Assembly: GCF_009834535.1 (NCBI RefSeq)
Contig: NC_045697.1
Span: 23,686,001-23,750,000, forward strand
DNA from: Camelus ferus
Taxonomy: Eukaryota
Direction of reading: 5' to 3'
DNA length: 64,000 nucleotides
Made by a program: the position numbers and the translations under genes. The notes beneath the pieces were generated by a model that saw nothing but the letters and a program-made list of their open reading frames with translations, ran no database searches and had not been told where the DNA came from. Numbering within the stretch: position 1 is the first letter of the stretch; each line of letters starts with the position of its first letter. Shown piece by piece: positions 1-12,800 of the stretch.

Positions 1-104
1 GCACAAGGCTGCCTTTTTCTATCCTATTTGAATGTTTTCAGATTTGCTTCATGAATTCAGGTTTTTGAAATACTTAGAAGACAACATTCATTATTTCCTC
101 AAAA

Positions 105-425
105 CAGCAACCAATCTAGCAGAAAAAAGGAGTTCCATGGAGTTGTACAAAATGAAAGACTTTTGCAGGCAGAAGGGAGCAGGAACAAGGAAATTATACT
201 AGACAGAAAGGCTGCTTGATTATTAGTATAAGGTTATTTTCCTTTAGGGTGTGGCAAGGATCTATCAGGAGGATTACCTAACTAGTTCTGACTATGCAAT
301 TCCTGATTGACTGGTTTAAGATTCCATTTCTGAGAGAGACAAAACTGTAATTAAGTCTTAAGTTTGGTGATACGGAATTTAGCAAAAGTAACTCCCTTTT
401 GGTCCTGTTGTATGGTTTTTTAACA
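105..425 (-). mobile_element. ERV1-class LTR relic, 3'-truncated; same family as 1362-1786
   Basis: The reverse complement starts TGTTAAAAA and aligns by eye with 1362-1715 (shared cttaattacagttttg, cagaaatggaatcttaaa, aggtaatc, aaaagtctttcattt). Confidence 0.75.
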
Positions 426-1340
426 AAAGCTTACAATTGGGTCTTTTGGGAGGCAGGATAACATTTTTTATATTGAGACTAAGGGAAACAAAATAGCTGC
501 ATATTTCTAGTCATTTAATGCCTTTCATTTTTTTCAACTTAACAAATATCTTCATTTGTTTTATTCAAAAGGCCAATTGATAATATGAGGATACTATAGT
601 GGAGTATTTTCTTATGACAAATGAAACTGACAAAAATATAAAAATTCAGGCTGTGGAAATGACAGAGCAAACAAGCTTAGAGAAAATATTTTCTTCATTC
701 TTGGGTAAAGTAAATGCACACTACTCTCCAAAAATTATCCACTCCCTTCATGCCCCATTTTGATTGGTCTCAGAGCCTAAAATAAAATTGTTTTGCATGG
801 CATATTTGTCTTAAAGCTCAACATTTTTGCAAAGTCCTTTAGAAGCAATAGCCCAGCGGTATCTCGGATGATATCCAATATATTAAAAAATAGAAGAGGA
901 CATTTCTGAAGCATTAGTGGTGCTAGTGAGGAGAATAGGGAAGCAGACAGTAGCAGAAACCCAGTGAGAGTAAAAAACAGATCAAAACTGAAGAGGATCC
1001 AAAGAAGTCAGTTTTGCATTGGTACGTTTTTTTTCCCCTTCCTTTTTTATGTCTTTGTACCAGTTTTAGTTTTCTCCGGACAGATAACTTTTTTAACATT
1101 AAACAACTTACTCTATCTAAAAGTCTCACTCCTTTAGCACTAATAGAAAGTGGAATTGAAATCTGTATGAAGAACTGAGCATGTCAGTGACCCTTAATAC
1201 TTTGTATGTTGCCAGCAGGATATTATGGAATATATTCGTAATGACATTTCATTGTTCATGTTAATTCATCTGATCTGAAAACCTAGAAGCTGGCTCTTAT
1301 TAGAATTTTGGTCAATTTCTTGAGTCAATTAATCAGGGTT

Positions 1341-2187
1341 TTATTAGACAGGGTTCTCCAGTGTTAAAAACAAGACAACAGTCCCAAAATGGAGTCACTT
1401 ATGGTAAGTTGCATGTCACTAAGCTGAGATTTAACTTAATTACAGTTTTGGCTCTCCCAGAAATGGAATCTTAAATCAGTTAATCAGGGATTGCCTGATC
1501 AGCACTAGCTAGGTAATCTGCCTGATAGACCCCTGTCATCTCCTAAAGAAAAGTAACCTTGTAATAACCAACCTGTTGTGTGTGTGTGTGGGGGGGCCTG
1601 TTGTTTGTTTGTTTGTTTGTTTTGCCTAGTATAACTTCCGTAACTTCTACCTGTAAAAGTCTTTCATTTGGTACAGCTCCTTGGAGCTCCTTTCTATCTG
1701 GCTAGACTGGATGCTGCCCAATTTGAATCAATTTTTGCTCAAATAAACTAAAAAATTTTAACATGCCTCAGGTTTATCTTTTAATATCAGAGAAATAGAA
1801 CCAACAGATTATATATATTCAGAGACAGAGAGAGAATGAATGACTGTGAGACTCTGAGACAGATTTATTTTAAGGGATTGGCTCATGTGATTGTGGGGGC
1901 TGGCAAGTCCAATATTTGTAGTGCAGGTATGCAGATCAGGAGACTGGAAACTCAGGCAGTATTTCAATTACAGAATTCTTTCTTCTTCAAGAAGCACCAG
2001 CCTTTGTTCTGAAGGCCATAGCTGACTGGATGAGGCCCACTCACATCATCACAAATAATCTACTTAAATAGGTTGTAAATGTTAAACTCAGCTACAAAAT
2101 ACCTTCACAGAAACACCTAGACCAGTGTTTGATCAAATAACTGGGCACCACAGCTTTGTCAAGTTGACAAATAAAATTTACCAACAC
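1341..2187. mobile_element. MLT2-like (ERVL) LTR interrupted by the LTR at 1362-1786
   Basis: ttattagacagggttctccag|agaaatagaacc...ggattggctcatgtgattgtggggg...aagttgacaaataaaatt matches recalled MLT2 termini once the nested LTR is removed. Confidence 0.75.
1362..1786 (+). mobile_element. ERV1-class solo LTR nested in MLT2
   Basis: TGTTAA...TTAATA (degenerate TG..CA) termini, AATAAA at ~1742, 4-bp TSD ccag (1358-1361)/tcag (1787-1790). Confidence 0.75.
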
Positions 2188-2245
2188 CTTGGTAGTTGGG
2201 CACTATTCTTAATAAAGTCCTACCAAGGACTTTTTATTAACCCAC

Positions 2246-2783
2246 TGACAAAGATTCTTTCCTTGACCAATTTCTAGTAAGGATCTTCTGAGAACTTTTT
2301 GGATAGGTTCAGCCTTGGCCTATAAAAATTTGGACAAAAGACTAATATAGTTTCTGACAACTCAAGGCTATATCCCTAAGATGATCCCAGGCTCCATCTA
2401 AGTGCCTGCTGGGGAAAACTCAAGGCTGCTCAGAGAATCTGCTTTTTCTAGCCAACACCAAGGACAGGACCCCTGTCTCTCAGTCTCTGTGCAAGGGCAG
2501 GAACCTAACTTGATAAGCTCCAGTTAACAAATCCACATGGGTGACACATGGAACAACCCCTCTTTCCTACTTTTTGTAATTTTCCACTTTCCTAAGTCTA
2601 TTGAAACCCTGTTCACCCACTGCCTATTCCATAATTCCCCCTTTAAAACTCACAGCCACCTCTGTACAAACTGAAGTTGAATTTAGTTCACCTTAGACTT
2701 TTTTTTTTTCCTATTGCAATAGCATATTACTGATTAAAATCTGGCCTTGCCACTTTAGCTAGTGTCTGGCTTTATCTTTGACT
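2246..2783 (+). mobile_element. MER67/MER31-like ERV1 solo LTR
   Basis: Starts TGACAAAGATTCTTTCCTTGACCAA, ends ...tttatctttgac, with ATTAAA near the 3' end; recalled consensus similarity. Confidence 0.65.
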
Positions 2784-3423
2784 CACTTCTCCTTTCTAAT
2801 AAACAAAGAATCATTAAGAAATCAATAGCAAAATAAGAAATGACTAAAAATTTACCTCTCTGAAGTCACCATTTGTCACCCTGATCATAAGGTTGAAATA
2901 CACAATATCTTTTGCAAAACCAACAAGTTCCTCACAGTTAAACCAAAGATGCCTTTTTTATTCAAAGCTTACTCCTTTACTCACAAACAGTTCTGTCTTT
3001 ATTTCACTGAATAATACTGTGCATACACTTTTAATTCTCATTATAGAATACCTACCATCTTGTTTTTCCTCTTCACTATTCTAGTCTTACTAGGCTTGAG
3101 ACATAAGAAACAATGCACATCCTCTAACACAATAAAATTCAATTTCTTCCCCTGGTAGGAATCACTGCTCAACCTAATTCAATCCATACCATACGTACAA
3201 CATGAATTCTACCTTTCATTTACAACTGCTCCTAGACTCATAACACACAGTACCAACCACCTCTACCTGTCATTACTCTGGAAATTAATTTAGACCAAAT
3301 ATCCTTTAGAACTCTATTTATTGAAAAACACACTTTTATATCTTTACTTTTCTAATCAACTCTTGATTATATCCAGCCACATTTATTTTTAAATAGAATA
3401 TATAGCATATATGTTACTACTAA

Positions 3424-3461
3424 TAGATAAATAGATAGATAGACAGACAGATAGATAGACA
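3424..3461. repeat. Compound (GATA)/(GACA) microsatellite
   Basis: tagataaatagatagatagacagacagatagatagac. Confidence 0.85.
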
Positions 3462-6419
3462 TATATTTGTCAGTTTCAGCTACTGAGAAATTGCATGTCT
3501 ATAATCAGAGGAAGTACGCTTGCCTGCATAAACATCTATACATTGGGAAGAAAGGAGGGTAGAAGTTAGAAATTCTGAAAGACTAAGCATACACCCAAAG
3601 ACTGATGTGAAAAACATAACAGTGTTTTACATTGAAAGATACTAAAATACTTTGAATTAAAGAGTTTACTTTTCAATCCTGCATATCACCATCTATTTTC
3701 CATCAATTGGATTAGGAGTGATAAAATAATATTAGAATTTTTAAATAAAGGAAATTTTAAGCATGTTAGTTGTATTTAAATACATTGTATCTCTGCCACA
3801 AGAGTATATCAAGCTTTTTAAGTCTACAATCTAAAAGGTCTTAATTCATGAATCAGATACTTAATTCTCTCCCCTTCCCTATCCCACTAAGAAATTACTT
3901 TAAAGTACTTTAAAATAATTAAAACATCTTAATAATCAGAGATATATTTGGCTGGAGTTATTCATAAACAAATATATGCAAGTAAAAGAAAGCCTACATC
4001 TTTTCATTGTCATGATGTAAGATGTAGACAACCAGGCTCTGTTGTAAAACATTTTTGCTTTAGTTCAGTTAAATCTGGTTTTCCTTTCACTAGTAAAAAA
4101 CTATTGTTTCTAATGAAAAGAGAGGGAAAAGAATCAGACATAAGTATTCTGTTTATTAAACCATCAGAAAGGAAAGGAAAAGGACTGCCTCAGTCAGTGC
4201 TAACGTTTTCATAAGACTAAGAATGTAAAACAAAAAGATTTTACAAAAGTCTCTTCCCATTTCTGTAATTATCTTCTTAAAGGTTATTAATCACTTATTT
4301 TCAAGATATCTGAAATTCTTATGACACAAAAAAAGGGTGGAAATTTAGCATAATTGCTGTTAAGTGTGTCATGAAACAGTAGCCATATCAAAGCAAGTTT
4401 TATGGAAAGATTTAGGTTGAAAAACCAAGTTTTTAGTTAGTAAACTAAACATTGGTGATTATGTCTCTTAGCTTGACAAGGCCCATATTTTTTTATCTCT
4501 ATAACAGAAGATGCTTAAACTATCAAATCCATAAAGTTTTCAGTAACTTGAAAATTCTATGATTTTCAACTCTTTCAAAGTAAGATTCAGGTTTGAAATG
4601 CTTTAATAGTTCTAAAAATTAGACAAAATAATTATAATTATTAAAAAAAGTTTATCTAAAATGATTACCTTCTCTTGTTCATTATTATATTGATAACCTC
4701 ACTTTTTATACTGTAATAATAATAATGATAATAACTTTATTTATTACAATGACAACTTTAGCCATTTAAAAATGTCACCAACTAGACTCTAAGGGAATTC
4801 TAATAAGATTAAAAACAATAATAATCATCATGTAACAACCAAAAATAGCAATAATGAACATAAAGAGAATTTCTAAACTCCCAGGGGAGCTAAAAGAGAT
4901 ACCAGAATATTATGCACAAACAAAAAAGCCAAAAATACTGTATGAACAAACTAAAGTATGGGGAGAACACAATCAAGTATACAACAAGCCTAGTAAAACT
5001 AGGATAGAAAGAATAATATTGTTTCAAACTGGACAGTGCTCGGTTTGTTTGTTTTTATATATTTAGAAGTTTGACCACAAGAAAATAATGACAATATCTA
5101 ATTTCTCTTTGGGACACTTAAAAAAATAAAACAAGGGGATTTATTTCCTGTTTTTGTTAGAACTTATATATGTTACCTGATGGATCAAGAAAATAGCTTT
5201 TATTTCCTGCTTTTCTACATTCTCCATCAGTGTAATACACTGTAATAATTTTCTGATAAAAGGATGTCATATTTAAAACAACTCAGAACAACTGCCAATA
5301 TGGATTCAGAAGCCAAAGATTATGTTCCACATACATGAACATCGTTCTTCATTTTAGATAAGATTTTTGGAACATATACATAACATGGGGGTAAATCAGA
5401 GCCTAGGAACATGTTCAGTAGGGCTCCTGGGTTCTTTCCTCAATCTTCAAATTGGAGAAACATTCAATCAACAAGTAGAACACTTTCTACTTTACTTGAC
5501 TGAGATGAACAGACAACTGCGAAAAGCAAGATTCCTTCCTACTACATAGCATACTTATTTAACGAACAACATTTTCTTCATGACTTTGAACAAATTCAGC
5601 CTATTATATCAGAATGACCAAGTAAAAGGTTCTTCCTATTATCATGTTCATTTGAAAAAAAAAGAAACTATGATCATTTGTGGAATCTTAATTGCAAAAA
5701 TATAATCCTTATATATGAACCAAGTATGATAAATGATATTTAGTTTTAGCCTCTTAGATGATCGTTAGATGTGAACTTTTGTACTTATAAGTGGCTAAGC
5801 CTCTAAAAGTTTCTAAGAATTAATGACCATTATTAGAAAGCTAATTTTAATATACTTACATTCCTAAAATATGATTTATATTACAGCTAGAGAAGCTAGA
5901 TTCTCAGTTTATAAGTGATGTTATTAAATAGATATTTTATCTTCTGTTCAAGAAAAGTGTATTTGGTTAATCTAAGTCTTCTAGTGTAAACACAGTAATT
6001 TCATAATCCTAAAAAAATAATTAAGGTTCTTCTGCTTTAGGTTTAAGTAATAAAAGAGTTACAGGTGTTTAACAATAATTTGCTTATAAGCAGAGAACTG
6101 CAAGAGATTTACGTTTTCCCTTTGTTCCTCAGCTACTGGTCTCCAGTCTCTTTTATGCGTATGGATAGTCCCTTTCTCCTAGTGCCAAGTAGCCTGGTTT
6201 CCTAGCACATTTTAATTTAATGGGCCAAATCAAGCAGTAGGTCATGAATCACAGATAGACTTGATGCTAGGGATGGGGCCAAGGCATAATTCTCAACCAT
6301 TTTTCTCCTTCTTAATGTGGCGAAGTGTGTAAAATTGTAAAGATTCCTACATTTGATGCAGTAAACTTAGCCTCTCAGAAATTACACTGATGAAATACTG
6401 ATAAATAGGGTGATCAGCA

Positions 6420-6530
6420 TGTTCACTGACTCCATAAATATTTATTGAACATCTCTTTGTGATACTGGTGATGAATTCAGAGATGAATAAAGTAGACAAA
6501 ATCTCAGACATCATGAAACTCACATAGTTA
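6420..6530 (-). mobile_element. L2 3'-end fragment
   Basis: ataaatatttattgaacatct...gagatgaataaagtagacaaaatctcagacatcatgaaactcaca is typical of the antisense L2 tail. Confidence 0.5.
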
Positions 6531-8358
6531 CTAGAAATGAGAATTTCATTAAAAAGGAGAACAAAGCATTTTTCCTATTCTTGAGAAGCTTAATTGATTA
6601 AAATAGGAGCTAAGAACTTGCTGATAGAAAGCAGTTGGGAAAAATAACTAGGCAGTAGGTAATTAAGAAATAAGACATGTAATTACAAAGGTTATAGTTA
6701 CAAACAACATAAGTACATGGAAAAACAGACCAGTATGTGTTCAAAGAGGTGGGAAAGACATTCTAGAATAGTAGAAACTGAGAAACAGTACAATACGTTT
6801 GGTCTGACTTTAAACAATCAAAAATAAATAGCCAGGTATTTATTAGAATAAAGAATAACCTAAACAAAATAATGTAAAGGGAACCAATTTGGCACAAATA
6901 AAGAATTAACTAAGTGTCTCATTAGACTGTGACAATTTTACACATTTAATTAGATGTATGAATATGAGGGACCAACACCAGATAATTAGCTTCCTTAGAG
7001 TTAAAAGCATATTCAATAAATAGCAACTAATAAATAACAAATAATGTGCTATTCATTCCTATGGAAGTAACTTCTGTCGATTTTTTTCATGATGGCCCAT
7101 CCTATTTTATAAAATGGTATTTCTTACAGTAAAGTGACTTACTGAATTTATTTTATATCTGTAAATTGAGTTCTCCCTTATTCTGGTTTGTTGTTTGGTA
7201 CTGTCAACATAAAAATGAACTGACTGTCTTATCCTCCATAATGATTACAGCTGAGCTTAGGAGAAATGAGGAAAGTGCAACAGTACAATTAGAGAAGTAT
7301 GTAAATGTGGAAGCTAATTTTATGAGTTAATGATTTATTTTTGTAAAAGTTTTCACAGAAATAAATTTTCAATTTGAAAAGATCTGTCAGATAATAAATA
7401 TCAAATTCCTATTCAGAAAATGTGATCCTCATGGAAATAGGCTAGAATCAGGCTCTAAGCACTGTTTTGTGAATTATAGAGGTGGCTACAATTAGTACCT
7501 GTGCCATATGTTAATCTCCAGATGGTAACGAGCTTTGGAGCACGTTGTCTATATGTACTATATAAATAAACCTGTTTAATTTTGTCTAATACTCTTATTT
7601 CAATGTAACATAAGTTGAAAATATTTAGAAGAAACAAAGGTCTTGTCTCTATAAGATGCCATGGAATGGCCATGAGTAAATGAAGATCATTGAAGGCAGG
7701 AAAATAAATTACTATCATTAAATGAAGGTCAGAATGACTTGAGGAAAAAATAAGAAATTCAGAAGATAAAAAAGTCAGAAGGAAAGTTTAAGAGAAACTA
7801 ACCATTATTTCCATTTTGTACCTTAACCAGAAACTTGATTAATAAAGAACAGATGTTGATGCTCACAGTTATTCTAAATAGCAAACGAGAAAAGCATAGA
7901 AAAAATAATATTTATCTGTGTTAAAAGAAGGGGAAACACAGAAATAGCATATAAATGGTAACTTGAAATCAATTATGTGACTTTGGTGGCACAACAGATA
8001 TTTATTAAAACATATAAGTAAAGCACAAAATTTGTTTTATATATTTGTTAATAATGCAATGATTTGATGAATGGATTGAATATCATATTCCCAATTACAA
8101 ATGACAAAAATACTAGTAATACTGAAATGGTGTGAGGTATAGAAATAATATATGCAAAGCACCATCCAGAGTATGTGCTCTGAGCAGCACATAAATTAAC
8201 AAATTAAGTGCAAGAGTAGTAAATAAATTAACAAATTAAAGGCCATTGATTCCTAAACAACTATTTTGAAAGAATCTTACTATGCAATATAAAGCAACTA
8301 TTATTATTATAATATCCATTTATGAAACAGTTCCTCTGTGGTGGATATTACAATAGTC

Positions 8359-8823
8359 TGTGTTAATTTCCTGTTGCCACTGCAAAAACATAATCACAAA
8401 CTCATTATCTTACAATTTTACAGGTCAGACTTCCAAAAGGAGCTTTAAAGGGATAGAATCAAGGTATTGGCAGTGCTGTGGTCTTTTTGGAGGCTCCAAA
8501 GAAGAATCTGTTTCTTTGTGTTTTCCAACTTTTGGATGTCACCCATATTCTTTGGTTCACGGTGCCTTCTTCCATCTTCAAAACACCTCCAGCCTTTCTT
8601 TCTTTGTCATATTTCTTTTTTCTCTGCTCTGATCTGCTCAGCTCCCTTTTACAATAACTCCTGTGACTACATGGGATACCTGCATAATCCAAAATAATCT
8701 CCCCGTATCAAGACTCTTAATCACATCTGCAAATTCTCTGTGCCATGTAAAGTAATATGTGAATAGATTCACGAGATTAGAACGCAGACATCTTTGGAAG
8801 AGCACCACTCTTTCTACCCCACA
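8359..8823 (-). mobile_element. MLT1 (MaLR) solo LTR, MLT1C/D/E-like
   Basis: tgtgttaatttcctg...ggaggctccaaagaagaatc...ataatctcccc...taatcacatctgcaaa...cccaca; explains ORFs 8360, 8459 and 8467. Confidence 0.8.
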
Positions 8824-9360
8824 GTTTTAAAAAAAATACATATTCTAATTACACACTCAAGACAGTGAAGAAGCAGTTACTCTCCCTATTTTACACATGG
8901 ACAAATCTAGGCACAAATCTAACAAATGACAGTCTTCATCTCTCTTCTGTCTATCTACAATTCTATCTTTCCCCTTGGAAATCCTGCTTCCAGCTTTCCT
9001 ATTGGGATATTATTTCTTTGTAAGGAAGGAATATAATGAAAGTTCCCACAGTGCAACCCTTCCCTTGGTTTTAAGGGTAATATGTTAGGATGATGACAAC
9101 TAATGGCCAGTCTACTCTCAGAGTGCACATCTTAACAGATGCTCCCAGTGAAGCACGTGCCAGCAGCAACCATCCACACAGGGACTTCCAGAGGATGACA
9201 TTTGCTTTCTTTGCCAGTAACTTCCAAGTAAGTGCTCCTGGTAGCATTTTCTTAAGCTATGCTGTTTCTTGCATGTTCGCCCCAGACCCCTTTGTAGCAA
9301 AACTGTTTAAAGATACTGTTTCAGTAACTACTCTGGAGTGTTGTTCAAAGAACAATTCCT

Positions 9361-9380
9361 TTTGGGCCCTCTGGTGGTGG
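9361..9380 (-). promoter_or_regulatory. Candidate CTCF-binding motif
   Basis: Minus strand reads CCACCACCAGAGGGCCCAAA; core CCACCAGAGGGC matches the CTCF core consensus CCA(C/G)(C/T)AG(A/G)(G/T)GGC. Motif match only. Confidence 0.4.
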
Positions 9381-9676
9381 CCACACGGTGACACAGCCCT
9401 TTCAAAAAACTTGTTCAGTGCCACCTAGATTATACACCATCTGACAGCACATCTCCAGTGAGCCTTAGGCTCCATTTGACTGACATTAAATGGAACTTAC
9501 GTAACTGTTAGAAGACTTTGGAGGTTGGGGTAAATGTTACAATTATTGCTCCATGACTTCCCCTTGCCACAACAGTGCACAAAAGTCATTACACAAAACA
9601 GGACCCAGGTTAGACTAGGCAGTTCCGTGTTCCCTAAAATCAATGTTCCAGTTAAACTCTTAAGAGTAGTGTGAAT

Positions 9677-9850
9677 TGTATGTGTGTACGTATGTACACA
9701 CACACACACACACACACGTATATATAAATAAAATATATTACAAGTACACATATACAAATGCATACACATACATGTATATTTGGCACACATTAATATATGT
9801 GTATACATATCAATATAGTACATGTATATTATATGAATATGCACAAGTAT
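9677..9850. repeat. (CA)n microsatellite with TA/CA-rich low-complexity tail
   Basis: tgtgtgtacgtatgtac(ac)n followed by degenerate tata/taca repeats. Confidence 0.85.
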
Positions 9851-12800
9851 GCATTAAGGGATAGATTCTTGCCTGACACCATCGACCTCAATTGAAGGAA
9901 ATCTAGCTTTGCCATCCTTGTAATTTACCTCAGTTGAGGAATTGCCCTCCCCAGGAACATCTTCCTGAGCCCTTCTCTCAAGGCTACAGACGTGCCCTGT
10001 ACACAGCTCTATCCCTGAATTTGCTTAAAATTGCCTGCTTTAGTCAGTTGGCCTGACTTAAATTACACTCTCATCAACTTGAGAGGACAGACCATACATT
10101 ATTCATCTACATAATTCCTGAAACATGATAGAAGTTCAAAAATAACTGGCTGCCTTAGAGAGGCATTCAGTCATACAGTAGTTACCCCAGGTAAAGACAG
10201 ACTGTGATGTGCACTGGAGAACTCAGTAAGGCATTTGGGCTTACCCCTTGACTTCACACCTTTACTAGTGACAGACCCATCAGCTAGGTGTTCAGTTTTC
10301 TGCATTTCCACTCACTGGTATCCACCTCTAGTCCCCATTTTCTGTTATCCTTTTGCATTACCTTAATATTACTTGTGGCAGGCTAGGGCTGTTCATGTTT
10401 GGAGCTACAAACTGAAGAAGTTATTAGAAAAAAAAAAAAACCAGAGGAATATTAGAAAGCAGTCCAGAAAATATATTAAGCGGACAATTTTTTCTAGTCC
10501 CTGTACAAAGATTTTTAAAAGGAATAACAAAACAACAAAAAAGCAAAATGAATGCAAACAGCTATGGAGGCAAGCAAGCAAACCAACCAGCCTAATTCTG
10601 CGTTCTTCCAATTTGGAGAAACTGCAACATAAGAACCACACTGGCCAAATTAGGCCTCACACAGATTCCATTATGTAAGTTCACTGATTGCTTTGTTCAA
10701 CCCACTTGAGGCACCAGAATTTTGGCCATAGTGTTAGTCTGGTTGATTAGTCAGGTAGCTTTCTTTAATAACACCTCAAGGGGTTGTGGCTTTTGGCAAG
10801 AACAGAGCTAATTTCAGCTTAATTGCCACATAAAGTTTTCCCTGAAGCACAGAAGCCACTGACCTTATGCTGCTTCCTGTGACACACTTTTCAACATCCC
10901 TCCTGAGTGTAATGACATATCCTGGATTTGCTGTTTAACAGCTTAAGCCTACAGTAGATGATCTTGTCATCACTGTCATTTTACCTTTTCTGCAAAGAGG
11001 AAAAATGTTAGGAGTCTATATCTCAAGACCACTGAACCCGCATTTTGTTCTGCCTGAAACAACTTCCAGTAGCTGTCCTTTGTTTCTCACAGAATGGAGA
11101 TTCTTAGCAGAAAGCAATTCAAACACTATCTCTTCTTCTCCAAAGTCTTCAAAATCCTCTCATCTGCGTGTAGTCTCTCCTTCCTTCAAGTTGAAAAGAA
11201 TTCCACATGTATCCTTTCATTAACAGTGTTCATTTTCCCCTCCCCATAAGCTTCTTAAAAAAAAATAGGTTTTATACACCTTAGAGTTTGCTATTGCATG
11301 ACTGGATGACTATATTCTATTGATTCCTTATTCACACATCAAGACTATATTTCCCTCAATTGTTCTAAGAGTTGCATAATATATAAACATCTTCACAGTA
11401 CAGTACATGGTACCTACCAGCTCCCACAATATTTCGCAAGTTCAGTAAGACCACACATTATTTTTGGTATTAATTTCAAGTTTTCAAAGAAGATGGGAGG
11501 AAAGGTTAAAATCTTTCAAAAATATTTTTCCTTTCTACTAAAGAAAAGCATATAGAATTCCCAGAGATCCGGCCTTCCCTATATATCTTTCCAACCTCTA
11601 ACAAACCCAGAATGGACTGGAACACCTCTGGTTGTGACTGGTTTTCCTCAACAAGCTTTTATCTGAAGGATCTTTCTGATCTGGCATGGCTAAGGTAGCC
11701 AAGTATTCTGTCAGAGTGAAAGCATTCTTTTTCTGTCCAAAGGCAACTCCTTCATAAGACATGTCATAAATGTATTAATCATGATTCATTGTTTCATATA
11801 TATTGGCTTTTCTATCCTAAAACAACTCATTATGATAGGAGAGAAATGAAATCAACAGAAGAGTGCTATATTTCAAATAATTGTTGGGTGCAATTTCAAG
11901 CACTGAAGAGTTTACAGTATCTTCTCTATGTATCAATTTAAATAAAAATATACAAATTTAAATAAAAACAAGATATTAAGACCTAGAACAAGTATAAAAA
12001 GTGTAATAAAGTTCTACACACTTGCTTCCTTACTGTGATTATTTCAAAACTTTCAAAAGTATGAAGTAGACAATTATTTAAAATAACCTCTCCCCTGGAG
12101 AAGTGCTGTTTGCCTCTACCAGTTGTGTTATCCAGCATTACTAAAATGGAGAGAAAAAAATGATAACTTCCTTTATTTCACAGTCTAATAAAGTCTGCCT
12201 CTGAATTAAATCTGAACTTGTGTTTGGCCATCCTCTAAATATAAAATATAAACATCTAATTTTACCTCTCATTTTACACAGTCCTCTGCTTTAAGATTGC
12301 CCTGCAAGCCTTCTTAGCTTGTACTTCCCACTCCCTTTTATCTCTTGTAGCATTGGCTTCTAGGGTTTGGAATGATTTTAGAAAAATATGCTGAGTGTCA
12401 TACACTGTATTATGGATGGTTTATATAATAGGGAATTCTTAGAACAAATGACTCCATAGTCTCAATGTTGACTCTCATTCAAGATCTGTATGGCATATTG
12501 TATCTCAGATTTTTGTCACTGAAAAAAAAAATAGCTAGTTATAATGGTTAACTAAGATAATGGCTTGTAAGGCAGGACGTGGTATATAACAATCGGATTT
12601 TGAACTCAAGCCCACCTGCCATAACATGATGCACATAACGTTCGTTCCACTTCTGAAACAGGCCTTCAGTATTTTTGTCATGATCCTACTAAAGAATGTG
12701 GCAGCAAAACTATAAGCAACCCTTGTTCCCAATCATACATTCCTATAAAAGATGAATTTTTTCCCACTGCTAAGATATCTTTCTCATATAGCTTGCCTTT

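Noticed and set aside
9090..9428. 112-aa ORF and a possible micro-exon (ttctttgccag...caa/gtaagt)
   Set aside because: No recognisable protein similarity; isolated splice-like words are expected by chance.
9497..9864. His/Tyr/Cys/Val-rich ORFs
   Set aside because: Translations of CA/TA microsatellite; the same applies at 17392-17663 and 54071-54376.
10373..11223. ORFs of 72-101 aa in unique sequence
   Set aside because: Composition is driven by A/T runs; no domain or consistent exon structure.
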